Assembly: GCA_051294375.1 (NCBI GenBank)
Contig: JBJCIZ010000239.1
Span: forward strand, 987,721-1,051,720
Direction of reading: 5' to 3'
Origin: Paraspadella gotoi
Lineage: Eukaryota > Animalia > Chaetognatha
Length of the DNA: 64,000 nt
Positions 62,798 through 64,000 of the stretch are shown piece by piece (the first letter of the stretch is position 1; each line of letters opens with the position of its first letter). A program made the translations under genes and the position numbers. The notes under the pieces were generated by a model. The model had not been told where the DNA came from, did not search any database, and was given only the letters and a program-made list of their open reading frames with translations.

Positions 62798-64000
62798 GCG
62801 CACCAAATACTTTCGTTTCGACCCCAGCGATCTCAGGCTTAGTGGAACTCGCCTCAATCGTGAGATGGAATCGCAATTTTATTTTTTAATTCGAACGAAG
62901 GAATTCGGAAATTGGGGAAGGGGGCGAGGGTTGGTAAACCGGATAAGGTCCGTGGGGATGGTAAGGAGTGAAAGGAGTAAAGCAATGGTAGGTTCGTGAA
63001 AGAGTGAATCGTGAGTTGCGCATTTTGGGATGAATATTGGACAATCACCGTGAAAAAAGACGATTTAACGCCGTGAAAACCACAGTGAGACGAAAAATTA
63101 AATAAAAAGTAAAAAGTAACTTTTATTATGGTAAATGTATGATTTTAAAATGAGAGCTTAATAAACTACCAGTAACAAGTGGAATGTTTTACAATGAGGA
63201 ACACCAAAAATGCTAAATTCCTTACTTTCCGTCCTGGCAACAACAACAACCAACTTTGACGGGAAAGATGAGCCAGCAGAGAAAATGACATCTGATCAAA
63301 AAAAAATGATCGCATAAAGTGAAAAAAAAAAGTCTGAGACGGTGAAAATATTATCATGGTTTTATTCTTAGTTTGAAAAATCGATTTTCGATTTTCCGTT
63401 TATTTTCTTTCTTTATTTTCTTCATCATTTTTATTTTTCTTATTCTTTTTTTTCTTAATTCGTTATTTCGAGGATTGGAATGATAATTCCATTTGCATTA
63501 TCCGGGAGAAGTGGATGTGGCGCGCGTCCTCGGACGACGGTGCGAACACAGAGAGAGAGAGAGAAGAGAGAAGAGAAGAGAGAAGGAGAGAGAGACTGGA
63601 GAGAGAGATGGAGATGAAGAGAGAGAGACAGATTTCGGGGTCAAACAAGGGAAAAGGACGGACTTTTTTAAAAGGCGTAAGTGAAGGGGAAAGAAGAAGG
63701 AAAAGAAAGATAACAAAAAAAAAAAAAGAAAGGAAAGATAAAAAATAGATTAAGAGGAAGAGGGAAGAGTCAAAAGAAAAGAAAGAGAGATGAAAAGAGG
63801 AAACGATTTTAGATTTGGGCGACAGAAAAAGATGCTGAACGTTTTTTTTTCTCTTTCACGCAGTGAATTGAATTCACAGCGAATCTCGACTTCGAAAATC
63901 GGGGTTACACTTTTGTCGCGTTCGTTGGCAAAAAGACCGAACAATGGAATGGAAATGAATGGAATGGAATGGAAAGGACGAGGGAACTTCGATGGAAACA
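57352..64000 (+). repeat. Direct duplicate of about 40950-47321 plus 49791-50045 (segmental duplication or uncollapsed haplotype)
   Basis: Colinear throughout, for example ttcatcaaagaagaaacggttgtc, tatcatcttcgcttcattgtacgaagtcacttg, gtggagaatgatgacgtcacgcccttcggcg and cacatccgg.atcc..ccacccggaga. It lacks the 47322-49790 insertion. Confidence 0.9.

Overview
This is AT-rich, microsatellite-saturated animal genomic DNA from a draft scaffold, not prokaryotic sequence. It has spliceosomal GT-AG introns, (AG)n/(GAC)n/(AAT)n/(TTTC)n tracts and many N runs; the PKC sequence suggests a protostome (inference). The only firmly recognisable gene pieces are two kinase-domain exons of a conventional protein kinase C (1498-1578 and 2117-2220, + strand, with indels). 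One compact, GC-rich ORF at 39588-40004 (-) encodes a plausible small multi-pass membrane protein. Nearly all other ORFs in the track are microsatellite or N-gap artefacts. Mobile and repeat content: a Helentron/HINE (DINE-1-like) family, a tRNA-derived SINE, a Penelope-type hairpin with a partial hammerhead motif, a ~2.5 kb TIR element with empty-site copies in the same window, and a ~90 bp satellite. Several multi-kb segments occur twice (21.0-24.3 kb vs 32.0-35.2 kb; 40.9-50.1 kb vs 57.3-64.0 kb; 51.6-53.4 kb vs 55.4-56.2 kb; 29.2-29.7 kb inverted at 37.2-37.8 kb), and there is a fold-back at 22.1-23.8 kb. The copies differ mainly by scattered 1-2 nt indels, which looks like unpolished long reads or uncollapsed haplotypes. 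I found no evidence strong enough to claim a new biological system. The best leads are the unclassified TIR element, the donor-containing repeat at the PKC exon, the orphan membrane ORF and the motif arrays. All alignments were done by eye, so repeat boundaries are approximate.
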